Below, piece after piece: positions 49,641 to 62,901 of a stretch of 64,000 nt of DNA; the first letter of the stretch is position 1; each line of letters starts with the position of its first letter. Origin of the DNA: Owenia fusiformis (taxonomy: Eukaryota); NCBI GenBank assembly GCA_903813345.2, contig CAIIXF020000001.1, forward strand, positions 47,616,001 through 47,680,000, given 5' to 3'. The translations under genes and the position numbers were made by a program. The notes below the pieces were generated by a model. It saw nothing but the letters and a program-made list of their open reading frames with translations, searched no databases and had not been told where the DNA came from.

Positions 49641-52600
49641 CTAGTCCCAGCTCTCCCAGTCATCTTCCTGCAACACAATACAATACAATTTTAATATTAA
49701 ATAGACCTCTCCACTAAATACAATCCATTTTGCCAATCCAAAGGATTGGCTAGCTTTATGATGTCATAATCTATAGGTAGCAATATTTGTAGATAGGACT
49801 AAAGGTTTTGAAATCTTTGAAAGTTCCTATAGGTATAAACCCTAATAATCAAGCAATCTAATGACCACTGTGCAATATTATTTGGGGAAAATTTATTCAT
49901 ATTTTCGATACAAAACCTTTGTATATATCAGATAAATTAGTTTTATGTACAGTAAACCTTTTCCATGCATTTATAATAATTTAAGAAGTTTCAGCCATGA
50001 ACATTTTGTCTAAAATGACATATCAGAGTAGCATCAAGCATTTCATAATGTACAAAGTTTTTGCATCTAAAGCATGAATGTATTTTTAATTACAGTGGTA
50101 GTGGAAAACAATTCCTGGGGGTCATAATATTGCACGATTTACTTTCAAGTTCTCATCATTTAGATCAAAGTTTAACAACATAATTTTTGTTCTTCCAGAA
50201 CTGTTGACATATGGACATCATTTTAATTAAAATGAGCACAAATGGATATGCCATAATATGAACATGTGATACCTCTTCATCTGCCACATCTTCCATCTTT
50301 CCAAGACTCATTTTCTTAGCTGCCTCTGAAGCCAGTTTCAGTTCCTCTTCTGTCAGCTCAATATCAAAATCTTTCTCCCAATCCTCGTCAACACTAGAGG
50401 ACTCTGGAAGAGAGGGAATTCAATGGTTGGTAATGGTATGGTGAAAATCAAGACTTATGTGGCACATGTCCACACACAAATGCCCAGAAAGATGCCTGTC
50501 AATGCACAAAAGTGTGATAAAAATATTATATCACCATTTCCTATGTGCAAGATGGCATGGCATTATGCATTTTGGTAATTTTACAAAATGAAGAATCGTA
50601 AGAAAGTATATTTTGCTCTAGCTGTCCCTTGTCTTTAGGTACTAATGGATAATAGATCCATTTCTTTCTTATGGTCTCTGGGATTATTTGGGTGCATATA
50701 ATACTTGGCTTTTACAAAATGGCTGTATACAAAATTACTGAATTGCCCTTCCTCAGTTATGTTGAGTTGTAAGCTATGAATACATACCTTTATTGCTACT
50801 GCTACTGGTCCCATTGCTGCCATCAGACAATGGTGTCTCACCATCTGTCACAACAATCATATCTCCTTTATCTTTCATCTTCAGCTGGTCAACAGCAACT
50901 GTAAGAGGCTCTTCTATAGGCCTCTTTTTGTCCACCTCTTCGACTCTTTCAGAAGGGGGCTCCACAGGAAGATCTGCAGTTGTTTGCACATCCTTAATGT
51001 TATCCTTATTCACTTCAACAGTGATATCACCCTTTGCATTTTCTCCTTGGCTTGCCCCAACAGGCTTAATGTTGTCAGTTGGTTCGCTTTTGTTTGGTAC
51101 ATCATTTGTCTTGGATGAGCATTGCACTAGTTCTGATATTTCAGCTTTATTCTCTGTGTCTATTTTCAAAATAGATTTAGTGTCAACTGATTGTTTGGCT
51201 GAAGTAATTTCTGGAATTTTTTCTGGTTCATTTTCAATGTCACTTTTATCAATTTTTGGTCCAATGTGTTCTGAGTTTTCAGATGATGAGGGGACAATCA
51301 GATCAACTGAGTCACTCTCGTCCATATTTAGAGGTACTGCAACTTTCACTTTTGTTATTTCATCAATGTTCATACCCTCATTCTCTTTCACAGAATGTGT
51401 ATTAGTTACAGTGCCAACTCCACCCAACTCTAGGGGAGAATGCTCCCTGTGGTTAATCCTTGTGGGAGAGTGCTCAGGGGAACCATCAGCAAGATCTGCC
51501 CAATCATCCTCTGGAGAAAAATTGTTAATGCTTTCTTTGAAACTAAAATTCCAATCTTCATAATATCATGTTTTGAGTGATGGCAGAAATCGCAAAAAGG
51601 AATCATATGAGAAACATAAACTTACAAAATCTCTAATAACCATATCAACTCATAAAGCCAGAAAATCTAGCCATTCAATAAATTTAGACAGGCAACAAAT
51701 GTTAAGGTAAGATTGATTAAAAACATATTCAAACCCTCACCATCATCCCAACCCAGGTCAGTCTCTACATCATCAGCTCTCTTTACCAGTTCCTTTTTAC
51801 GTGCCTCATCTTTCTCGAACTGTTGAACCTTGTAAAAGTATCGATGCCAGAAGTCCTTGTGGGACACAGTGGATGGAACCTTCGAATAAACAAAAGATAC
51901 ATTTTTGGAAACGCCTGTATTCAATGGTAAAGACTAAGGTAGTCTAATTGTAAGATATTGTTATAGATTGCTCCTGAAGTAAAAGCATATCATGAGAGGT
52001 ACTAAAATGAGGAACAGTCAATTCTCCTAAAGTACATGTACATGTATATGCTTCTATGATAAAACTAATGAGTAAGATGAATACTTAGCATGCCAATATA
52101 AACTGTAATTGGTAATTCACAACAATTACTATGAACTGCACAAGAATATACCACCAACACTACAGGTTGTACCACTAGTTTTGCAAGTTTTAGACTTATA
52201 ATATGATTAGTGAAATGATATATGCAAGTTCACTGAATGTCCCAAATAAAGAAATACAAACATAAATATCGGTTGAGAGAAATAACATCATCTTCAGGCA
52301 ACAGGCTTTACCCAGTTTTGTGATCAATTAGTAGGAAAAAGTTTTCAACAATGCAATATAAGCCCTCTGAATAGTATTTTGCATAAATGAAGGAGCAGCC
52401 TAAAAACAATGTGCATGTACTTGCAATCAATACCCTTGATGATGATTGCTTTAATCATAAGCTGACTTAAATTTTACAATGCAAGATGCGATATTGACAT
52501 AATAATGCATTTCAATAACTGCTTTTTTTTCTAGTTATTTAATAATTTATCTTCTGGGTTTATTGATGGGAAATTGGTCTCATGATAAGCCAAAGTGTCT

Positions 52601-55600
52601 CTGCAACAAGATGCTCTGCCAGCTTTTGGTAGGAGGGAGACTTTTTGGCTTTTAAACCAGTGTCTAGTTCAGGCAGTCAACATTCTCAAGCTCTGATTAA
52701 TGTATTTGAAATATGTGATTTGTATTCAAAATCTACATTCTGGAAGACAGGCATCTCGTTGCAGAGACAAAGTGGCTGGCATCAAGTTGACACCCAGCTG
52801 CTATAAAAGACATAAAATCATGGAAAAACAAAAATACTAAATTCTGATGTAATAGCATTATGGTACACATCACACTCACACTGTACATTGTACTGATCTA
52901 CAATACTCAATAAACTCTTGAATTATAAGAGATTCCTTAATACATGTAGCTATTTAACAAGTAATCTGAGCTATATTCATGATGCACAACTCACCAACTG
53001 TGTGTAGAGGGACCTGATCTCAGTCTTAGTAACAAGCAACTCTGAAATGGTGCCCTTGTTAGCATCAAGCACAAATGTTTCCTTCCATTCTTGATACTGT
53101 GCCCTTTGTCCATCAGGATCAATGCAGTATGTATCTGGGTCAACCTGAATGGCATGGAGTCTTGCCTGTAATGTGGAGGCATAGTGCTTTAGTCTGGATT
53201 TATTTCATACAGTTTGAAGACTACATTGACAGATCATAAATTGTCTTCAATTCAATTTGGCATATAAATTAGAACAAATAAATAATTATTCAGGACAATT
53301 TATTCTTTGATTTAAATTTTATGATAACTTCATCAAAGGTAAATAAGATGATGACATAACACTAAGTTTAACACCTCTGTAAGTTAAACACCTCTTCTTG
53401 TAAAACACCTCTCTCTTATCCAATATTTCTAGCAACCACTTCCTCTGTAAGGTTTGAAGGCCAAATGCATGTAAACATACACCATTTCAAAGATGTGAGA
53501 CTCAGTTACATACAAGTTTTGACTGATATACAGTACATCATCAATATAACATTTTCAGGCTTGAATCTAAACACATGCACTAATTTAACATTGCCTATGA
53601 CTACCAAACAATCTAGCCCGTTCCAAACCTGTATTCTTCCTGGAAAATACATCTCTGTGGATTGCTTATAAAAATAAAACATGGTAGAACTAGAAGTACT
53701 ACATACATACTAATTTATTGTGCTATAGGTCTCATATTATAGTGTTTGACATGCACTTTAAGTATCAAAAATACAAAACTTGAAACTAGTTGCATAAAAA
53801 ACAAGAACTCTGGTATGACAGAGCTCCGAACAAGGAAATGGAGGTTGATACAAAAGTACTGAAATAGCTTTCTCTCATGGAATCTGTATGAATTTCATGT
53901 GTAGATAGAAGGTTCAATGTTATAAACAATGGTGTGCTTACATAGTAGCTACTATCCATGTGCTTTAATTCATAGCTATTATTGCCTTATTGGTGTGCTT
54001 TAATTCATAGTAGCTACTATTGGTGTGCTTAAATAGTATCTACTACTGGTGTGCTTACATAGTATCTACTTCTCCATTGAGAGAAATGATGCTTTCTGTC
54101 AAGGCAAATAATGGGGAAAATCCCAATTAAGGAATTTAATTTTTTGAATTTTTAGCAATTTTACATCTTGGGGATGCCTAGATGGAAAATGTTATTCTAA
54201 AGCCAAACTAGAAAGACAGCAACTCCACGGAGTAGCAAATCCCACCGAACAAAACATATTATGCTTATTATAGCTTGTGGAAATGTTGAAATGTTTGTGC
54301 ACTTTGTGATAGAAGCATGAAATTTGGCACAAAGTTAGTTCATACCATTGTGAACTAGGCATCATCATATAAAATTTGAACCAAATCCGTTCACTGGTAT
54401 ATGAGTTATCAAAGATTACGTTTTTTACGAAAATTGGCCGCCATCTTGAAATTTAGCCACCATCTTGAAAATTATTTCTTGAACAGACCTACTGTGTCCC
54501 TAGGCATAATCATATAAAATTTCAACCAAATCTGTTCACTGGTATTTGAGTTATCAAAGATTATGTTTTTTACGAAAAATTGCTGCCATTTTTAAATTAA
54601 GCGGCCATCTTGAAAAAATTTTGTCGAACATAGCTACTGTGTCCCTAAGCATCATCATATAAAATTTGAACCAAATCCGTTCACTGGTATTTGAGTTATC
54701 AAAGATTACATATTTTTACGAAAAATGGCCTCCATTTTGAAATTAAGTGGCCATTTTGAAAATCTCTTTTTGTGCGAAACTCCTTTATCCCTAGGCATCA
54801 GCTTATAAAATTTGAACCAAATCCTTCTACTTGTATTTGAGTTATCAACGATTACATTTTTTACGAAAATGGTGGCCATTTTGAATTGAGCGGCCATATT
54901 GAAAATTCCTTCTCAAGCAGAGGTCCTACACTCACAAGGCATAAGACTATAAAATTTGAACCAAATCCGTCAACCGGTATTGGAGTTATCGCCTGGACAC
55001 ACGGACGGACGGATGAACGGACGGAAGGCTTCTCTATATCCCCCTCGAACTTCGTTCGGTGGGATAATTATTGATACTCTGAAAGTACAACACTGAATCC
55101 TTCATTGAACACCCTGTCTACACATTGAAGAAAACTAGAGGGTTATATTTTGTGTCACCTTGTATTTGTGATTTTCTCTTAACAATATCATTGCAATGGT
55201 TGAGTCACGGTGAAACATGCTTATTTTAAACCTGCACATCGCTCCAAAACACAATCTTGGGTTGTTTCGGGGGTGAACTTTATCATTTTGAGCTTAATGA
55301 AAGATTATAGAATGATGAAAAAATGGGGCAAATCTTGTGTAGAAATACTTACGATAAATGTGTCATTTCAAAGATTTTTCATTGAATTGCTTCGATCGGG
55401 GCCGACGATATGATTTTGGAAAGGTTTCTAAATGAAGAACGTGACGTCACTTCCGAATCATAGCATTCAAAATAAGTAGCTTTTAATTACTTCCACCATT
55501 CATAAAAATTAGTACCGTGGGTACTGGGCTCACATGGTGTTGCTCAAAAGTGAAAATAAAAAAGACGGGTATAATTTTTTGCAGACTTTTTGTGACAAAA

Positions 55601-57611
55601 TTATTTCATACAACTACTCTTTACAAAGACATAGGTACGAAAAATTTCGAACGGAATGCGTGACATATACGTAATTCGCGTGAAAAGTCCGAACAACATG
55701 CGTACATTTTTTCCGGCGTTCGTATTTTTGCTGTGTAGACGATCTTTTTTAGAAATTTTTCTACAGAAATATTTTTGCTTGGCAATTACCAAGTAAAATG
55801 CGTATTTGATATTACAAAAATAACTGGCGTGACTTCAAATTCTTCAGCAAATGCGTGACAAATACGCAAATTGCGGGACAGTTGACAGGCCTGTTACAGT
55901 GACATGGCTTTTTACAATGCAGGACAGCTGCAATTATTTGTAAAGCTAGGAAATGGGCCAAAAGTGAATTTTGCGAGACAAGAATGGTGACCATTTTGAA
56001 AATAGGCGAGCTTTTGAACCAAGAGTCATAGGAGAGTTTTTTGTATTGATGTTGAACAAAATTAACTTAAAACAGGAATCCTATCGACAGAGGGTTTAAG
56101 GCAAATGGTCCAAAAGTGGATTTTGCGAGACAAATGGACAAATCAATGTTAACTAAAATGGCTGAAAATAAAAAAAATGGATATAATTTTTTGCTGATTT
56201 TTCGTAACAAAATTATTTCATACATCAACTCTTTACATTGACATGGATTTTTACAATGTATGACACTTGAAATTATTTGTAAAGCTAGGAAATAGGTCAA
56301 AAGTGAATTTCGCGAGACAAAAATGGCGGCCATTTTGAAAATAGGCGAGCTTTTGAGCCAGGAGTCATAGGGGAGTTTTCTGTATTGATGTTGAACAGAA
56401 ATAACTTAAAACAGGAATCCTATCGACAGAGGTTTTAAAACGTGCCAGTCAAAAGTGAATTTCGCGAGACAAAAATGGCGGCCATTTTGAAAATAGGCGA
56501 GCTTTTGAACCAGGAGTCATAGGGGAGTTTTCTGTATTGATGTTGAACAGAAATAACTTAAAACAGGAATCCTATCGACAGAGGTTTTAAAACGTGCCAC
56601 TATTGTTGACGGACAGACGGCAGACGGACGGACAGACAGACAGACGGACAAGTGAGCGATTGCAAAAGCTCACCATGTGAGCTAATAATAATAATAACAC
56701 GGTGGTGTAGCGGTAGAATTCACGTTAGCACGCGGGAGGCCCGGTTCGAATCCCGCATCCACCTTTTTATTTTTTTAACTAAATGATTGTTCTTTGATAT
56801 TACGCAGAAAAAACAATTTTTATTTACATAAACTTTATATTAGAGCTTAAAAATGTAAAAACAATATATGTCAACATATTGCGTTTTGGAGCGATGTGCA
56901 GGTTTAATTATGCACATTTTACACTGCATAGTTGTGACCTTTAAACAAGTTTATGCTGTCCTGTGACTGTGGTTCAGACCAATGCTAGTCAACAGGTTGT
57001 AGTTGAAGTTTACTCTTGATCAGATGTTTACACATAGCAGCCAAAATAACTGGAACTAGGCCTATATGCAATATATAATTGTATGTCCTGTAAATTGATG
57101 TATGTCCTATACACTGTATAATAGGCCTACCTTAGCTCTGCTATAGACTTGATGGTCTGGAACAACCACCTTAATAGCTTGACCAGCATCGTCTGGCTCA
57201 ATGACCAGAGCCTTAGATATGCCACCCAGCACTTTGGTAAAGCCCTCCTTCACACGTGATCCAGCCACTTTGGCATTCTCTTGCTGTATACAAAGTGAAA
57301 AAGAAAAATATTTTGGTAAAAGCCATGCCATGGTTCTTTTTCTAGTTCAAACAGAGGCACTATCAGTAAATAGGGACATTTAGGTATCTCTTGATATTAT
57401 TACATAATATAATATTTGCATTCATTTAAGAAAGATTCCACAATGAAAAACATTGAATCTGTATCTTTTAAACAGTAAAGATATTAGATCGTATATATGA
57501 GTTCATGGTACTCACAGTAAGCTTCTCTTTCACCAAGACCTCGGTGTCTTCGATTGTGACTTGTCCAAATTCAACAAGATCCTTCTTCACAAAGTCCACT
57601 GCTGCTTGGGA
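49641..57611 (-). CDS. BSDC1: BSD domain-containing protein 1; 5' exon(s) not found in window
   Basis: Exons 57611-57516 (SQAAVDFVKKDLVEF), 57283-57131, 53165-52995 (ARLHAIQVDPDTYC...ISELLV...IRSLYTQL), 51879-51741 (VPSTVSHKDFWHRYFYKV, BSD signature), 51510-50788, 50403-50273 (EDWEKDFDIELTEEE) and 49667-49641 (EDDWESWD*). All introns are GT-AG and phase-consistent. Confidence 0.92.
53928..54072 (+). repeat. Short ~25-30-bp degenerate tandem repeat
   Basis: About 5 copies of ggtgtgctta(attc)atagtagctactat. Confidence 0.7.
54205..55070. mobile_element. Helentron/HINE-like element, family B
   Basis: Subterminal IR atcccaccgaac (~54239) / gttcggtgggat (~55054), about 4-5 copies of a ~146-bp core repeat, a (ggac)n microsatellite and hairpin cgaacttcgttcg. 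Confidence 0.8.
55505..56690. mobile_element. HINE family A, second copy
   Basis: Same termini (aattagtaccgtgggtactgggctcacatggtg ... aagctcaccatgtgagctaataat) and core repeats as 47590-49084. Confidence 0.85.
56699..56770 (+). pseudogene. Degenerate tRNA-Ala(AGC)-like sequence or tRNA-derived SINE head
   Basis: A-box-like tggtgtagcggta, anticodon loop ttAGCac, B-box ggttcgaatccc, 3' gcatccacc and a T-run. The D arm is truncated. Confidence 0.5.
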
Positions 57612-57921
57612 CTAGAAAAGTATATATGGTAAATGGTACAATTTCCTCTCCAAGCTATTTTTCTTTGAAGAACAGAACAGAAAAGTAAGTGGCTGGTGTA
57701 GGGACTAAATAATGCCATAAGTTATAAATCAGTAGAAATGATACAATCTTCTTTACTTAGTTTTGGTTTAATTCCGTAAAGTACTTTTGGTTTATTTTGG
57801 AGTTTTCTATCATATCATTATGTGTCGCCTCAACATTGAAACTCCTTAAGTTACAAAAGGCCAAAGCTTTGCATTACTCTCTGAAATATGGAAAAGTTTG
57901 GCCATGTACACATGTTTCAAT

Positions 57922-60900
57922 GGTTATAATGAAAACACGCGCTACGCGCTAACGCGCTAGCGCACTAACGCACTGTTCAGAATGATCGGTCCCACAGGCC
58001 CAGGAACATGTATAAAAATCGAGTGAGTGAAGAGATTAGGTGGCTCATCAGAAAGCAGAAGTATGAAGAAGCCCAATGTTTGATCGTTAACTGTGCAAAG
58101 ATTATCGATTGTCAGTGCCGTTTTATCTGATTTAAAAGGAATATAGAAAGTAGCACCTTACAAGATGAATGGTCGCAGATATGCGAATATGCTCCCTATT
58201 TCATTGCATTATTTGGGTCCATCCATCGGCGAGAAAAATCCCGTTTCGAAATCTGAGCCGGGGGCCCGACTACTTGACTAATGACTTAATATAATGTTTA
58301 TTTGTCGCATGTTACCTCTTAATATCAAGTCATGGATGTTTTATATATCTTTACTCTTTGTATTTGAAGTTATATCTCAAATGACTTACCAAACGGTGGG
58401 ATATATAATTCAGGCGTCGCATTTATATTTTTCTTTTCGTGCCCGGTTACTCTCTTTCGCTTTCATGGGGGGGGGGGGGGTGTATAGGGTTATCGTATAA
58501 GAGGGTGAAAATTTATTGTGTATGGCCGCATAAAGAGGGGGCAACATTTATCGTATATGGCATCGTATAAGTTAAATAAACATATGTTTTAAAAGAATTA
58601 AAGAAGCCTATTATGAAATTTAAAGGCAGTTTGAACGAATACTGCAGATCCAGCTTATCCCCATAAATTTGGGATTTCAATACACAAGTAGTTGTGGGGG
58701 CTTGCCCATAGCCAGCTTTTTTCCAGGGGAAGCTTTTTCACAATTTTGGCTAATAATCATGAAAAAATGGTGAAAAACTGCATGATTTTGAAAGAATCTC
58801 TGGCCAGAGGGGGAGCTCCGCTCCCCCAGCTCCCCCTCTGGCTACGGGCCTGGTTGTGGGGGTGATTTGAAAAATCAGTCCCACATTTATGGGGGTAATC
58901 CATATCTCTATATAGTAGTCTCTATATGCCATATGCCAGGACAGTAACCAGGATTTCCCGGGGGGGGGGGGTCACTTTTTCAAAAATTCCAAAGTCACCC
59001 TCCGAACCCCCCTGGCTTCGGGGCTGTGTACTGCCTATTTGCCGTATGATTATACATTTGGTACTACGTGGATTCTTGCATTATGTTATTTCCTTCTGAA
59101 TATTATCCAAACTTTTCTCAACGGTATCAAAATTATCGTACAGATATATTATTTACCCGACCTTTTTGTAAAATATAGTACTATAGGGAGTAGGTGCATT
59201 CATGCACCCTCTGGGTCTCTGAGGATCGTGTTGGTTCACCGTCTATATAGGGAGATGTGAAAAATATTGCATACACTGTATGTTATACATGTAAAAGGGG
59301 TGAAAAATGCTGAGGGGCTTGTGAAAAATAGTGTATATGGATTTCCAAGACCCCTATGAACCCCCCTTTCATGTTTGCTTTCGTTTTTCTAAAATTTGAT
59401 TTTAGATTTAAAAAGTTTTGAATTACGTCAGTCCCAGTGAATGTTGTATTACCTATTTTACCGGGAATATTGTTGAAAACAGGATTGTATTTCATTTGGA
59501 ATTAAAGTTTTAAATAAGAGACGATTTAAAAAGTAATGTAAACCCGACCAGCGTGTTTTATCATTGTCCGGTAATTGGCCGTAAATATTTATTAATTCTA
59601 AGTTACTCATGTTCTTTCAGGTCAAATACAGAGAAAAGTACACGTTCATTTAGTTTTGGAATTATTTCCTAAATTGAAGTTGAATTCTGTTTTTTAACGG
59701 TGTGAAGAACGGGTGCACCCCAGTTGTCCGAAACCCAGTTGTCCGAAACCCAGTTGTCCGAAACCCAGTTCTCCGAAACCCAGTTGTCCGAAACCCACTT
59801 GTCCGAAACCCATCACTCCGAAAAATATAGTCATAATTTACCAGAGAAAGGGGAGACGTACTAAGCTTAGGCCAGTTTCATGCCATGTATTTGGCCAAAT
59901 TAATGGCATGGACGCATTCTGATGTTCATAGATCTCTCTCTCTCACTTTGAATTGCATCCATTGCACGCGTTACCAGAATGGCAGGAACGGGGGATTTAT
60001 TTTACATTGTGATTCTAAAAAAAGGTTATCAAAACACAATATATATTACGGAACAGTTTATCTTATCTTCTTCAATCTCTTTTATATAGGCAAAATAAAA
60101 TGAATGATTTTGAAACAGATAAAATAAGTTTACGCATAGTACTTTAAGAATAAAACAGTATACATATTACGTTGTCAAAATATTTCGTCGCATTTAATTT
60201 CTTAGTCTCTGTATTTTATCAAATCGTAAAGGAACAAAACATTCTTAACTTTATCACTTGGGATCAACTGGAAACGAAGGCGGGCTGTCCTCGTATCAAA
60301 ATGGATGTTCTCCCATTTGCAAGAAGTTTCATTTTCGCCATGTACTCACTTCATCCTTTTAATTTAATCTCTATTTCTCGAACAGAGTACGTAAATGAAG
60401 AATAAGTTTTGGTTTCAAAAGATGTACATGTCAACTTTACTAAATAAATGCCCACTGGCTTGGGAAAGCTATTTTTCTTTTTATGAACGCTCATCACCCA
60501 TTGGAAAAATGTTGTTCCCTCTCAAAAAAGGCCCATGGGCCATAAAGAAAATTGGTTTAAAAATTGTAGACCCCTATCTATGTATGTTGTGTAAACGCCA
60601 TTTTACAATGAGAATAACATAATTTAACTTTGTTTGTTTGAACATCTATATCACCTGTATATGAACTTTCGTAGTAGGCTAAACATTAAACAATTAACGT
60701 CTTGACTTAGCATAATTAGCCTAATTTTGCAATGATGTCAACGTTATTCCAATGTTATGTTGTGATTCGCAGAGGTTGCGACAACGAGATTCGTTTAAAA
60801 AAATGTATTTTTCAAATAAGATCTTCTAATTTTCGGAGAACTGGGTTTCGGACAACTGGGTTTCGGAAAACTGGGTTTCGGAGAACTGGGTTTCGGACAA

Positions 60901-61293
60901 CTGGGTTTCGGAAAACTGGGTTTCGGACAACTGGGTTTCGGACAACTGGGTTGACCCCGTGAAGAACATCTTAATTGGTCTTATATTTTTAGAGAAATCG
61001 TAACTTGAAAAGTGTAATTTTCGAGAGGCTTTGTTTATTTCCTGCGGCCGCAAAGTTCACATCAAAGTCTGATTGACAGGTTAGCGGGGATTTATACAGT
61101 CTTTGAAGTGTCAATGTTTTGACAAGTTCCCAGGGAGTCATAACCCTAATTATACATGTCCCTGGGCCAAGGGTATAGACCAATCATAAACATGCGCTTA
61201 AAACATGCGCACACATCGTTGGGGAAGGATCATTTTCTATTAGCGCATTGGCGCGTGGCGCGTTAGCGCGTAGCGCGTGTTTTCATTATAACC
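57922..61293. mobile_element. Mutator-like non-autonomous element (3.37 kb) with 9-bp TSD
   Basis: TIR ggttataatgaaaacacgcgctacgcgctaacgcg / cgcgttagcgcgtagcgcgtgttttcattataacc. TSD tgtttcaat at 57913-57921 and 61294-61302. Confidence 0.9.
59711..60958. mobile_element. Nested Foldback/Phantom-type Mutator element whose TIRs are arrays of a 15-bp unit
   Basis: (cccagttgtccgaaa)n on the left and (tttcggacaactggg)n on the right. TSD gtgaagaac at 59702-59710 and 60959-60967. Confidence 0.9.
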
Positions 61294-62300
61294 TGTTTCA
61301 ATAGAGCAGATGCAAGTAGAAATAATCTTGATTTAGGCCTACATCATTAAGTCAAAGTGACATCATATTTGAAATCTACATGTAAAGTAACATGTAGAAA
61401 TGGGGTTTCAAAAATTGAAAATGTGACTTCTAGGTCGTGGAGATTCCCCATTAGACCATATGTTATAAAATCACAGAAAGTGAAATTTCTTTTATTTGAC
61501 AGATAATATTTTGTCTCACTGGACATAATCATATTTTCATTTGTTTAACTATTAGATACATAAGGGTTATATGAAAATTGATCCAATCGAACTGATGAAT
61601 CTTCAAGTTTAATGTAACCTTTTTATATACCTGTCAAGTTATCTGACCAAAATTAGCCTCCTGGTGATGAAACTGGTAACTACTTACTTGCATCTGGGTT
61701 ATTGTTCTATAAACTATTGCAAAGTAGTCCTTTGATTGCTTATTTTACAGGGTCAAAGAACTTTATAGAATCAACAATCCGACTGTAAAAATATCATGTA
61801 TAAAAATCAACTCTGAGTCCCCAAGAAGATTAGGTAGATATCCAGAAACCAAAAGTTTGATCATGAATTTTGCTAAGATGATCGCTTGTCAGTATGTTTT
61901 ATCTGATTTCAAAGGAAGATGAAGTAGTAAATAGCAACTTAAACCATTAAAAGTCACAGATATGCGAATATACATTGCATTATTTAGGACCATCAACAAG
62001 AAAAAAAGAATACAAATCTGAGGGGGCCAGACTTAATCTCTTATTCTGGATATTTTAATTATGACTCAAGTGGTTTGCTATCCTAAATAAAAACCAAATA
62101 ATGTCAGTTAATGTGATTACCAAAACTTGAGTTAAATTTCAGTTTAAATATGGTGTGAGATAATGTTTCATATAAAATGAACTGAATGGCTTTTATGAAT
62201 GGCTGTAGATTCTAGCTAAACTTAAGATTAGCCGGCAATCGTCTAAATTATTGATTTGACTTCTATTATCAATAAAACCCTAAATCATTAGAAATGTTGA

Positions 62301-62901
62301 TGTACTCCTCATTTCATGTTAAAAATAGCAAGAACTTAACTTCGGCATATAAGTGTTACCTGATGAATGGCACCCTCACGTGCCTTCCAAATGGTAGTAA
62401 ACGAACTCCAATGTAACTCCATCAGCTTATAATTCCGTCTGATCAACAATAAGTACAGTTATACAAGAAATGTAAACGAACTGAAAAAACTTCCAAAAAT
62501 TTTCCAACTGCCTTGTCATTTCCGGAAGTTATGATACGTTAATATATTACCGAACATGTGTGAAAATGAAATGTTTGTTCGTTCATTTTACGAGAGCTAA
62601 ATAAAATGTGATCATCTGAGCATCGAACAAACATTTCATTTTCCCACATGTTTGGTAATATATTAACGTATCATAACTTCTGGAAATGACAAGCTACACT
62701 GTATGTGGAAAATTTTTGGCAATATTTTCAGTTCGTTTACATTTCTTGTATAACTGTTGATCGGATGGAAAGATAAGCTGATGTAGTTACATTGGAGTTC
62801 GTTTACTTCCATTTGGAAGGCACGTGAGGGTGCCATTCATCAGGTAACACTTATATGTCGAAGTAAGTTCCTTCTATTTTTTACATGAAATGAGAAGTAC
62901 A
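62301..62901. mobile_element. Palindromic foldback element, ~280-bp arms with ~40-bp spacer
   Basis: ...aagtgttacctgatgaatggcaccctcacgtgccttccaaatgg...aatgaaatgtttgttcg is mirrored by cgaacaaacatttcatt...ccatttggaaggcacgtgagggtgccattcatcaggtaacactt... Confidence 0.85.

Larger units (their letters stand above)
55207..56930. mobile_element. TIR element hosting the second HINE-A copy and a tRNA-like sequence
   Basis: aaacctgcacatcgctccaaaac (~55228) / gttttggagcgatgtgcaggttt (~56883). Confidence 0.6.

Noticed and set aside
50793..51563. 256-aa plus-strand ORF
   Set aside because: It is the antisense shadow of the large BSDC1 exon. The same applies to 7978-8238, 44437-44640, 44938-45180 and the minus-strand ORFs over the last DnaJ exon.
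56699..56770. Functional tRNA gene
   Set aside because: The D arm is truncated and the acceptor and T stems pair poorly; reported as a pseudogene or SINE head instead.
59713..61053. ORFs with PKPSC / RTTGF / SETQL repeats
   Set aside because: They are translations of the 15-bp TIR arrays of a transposon.
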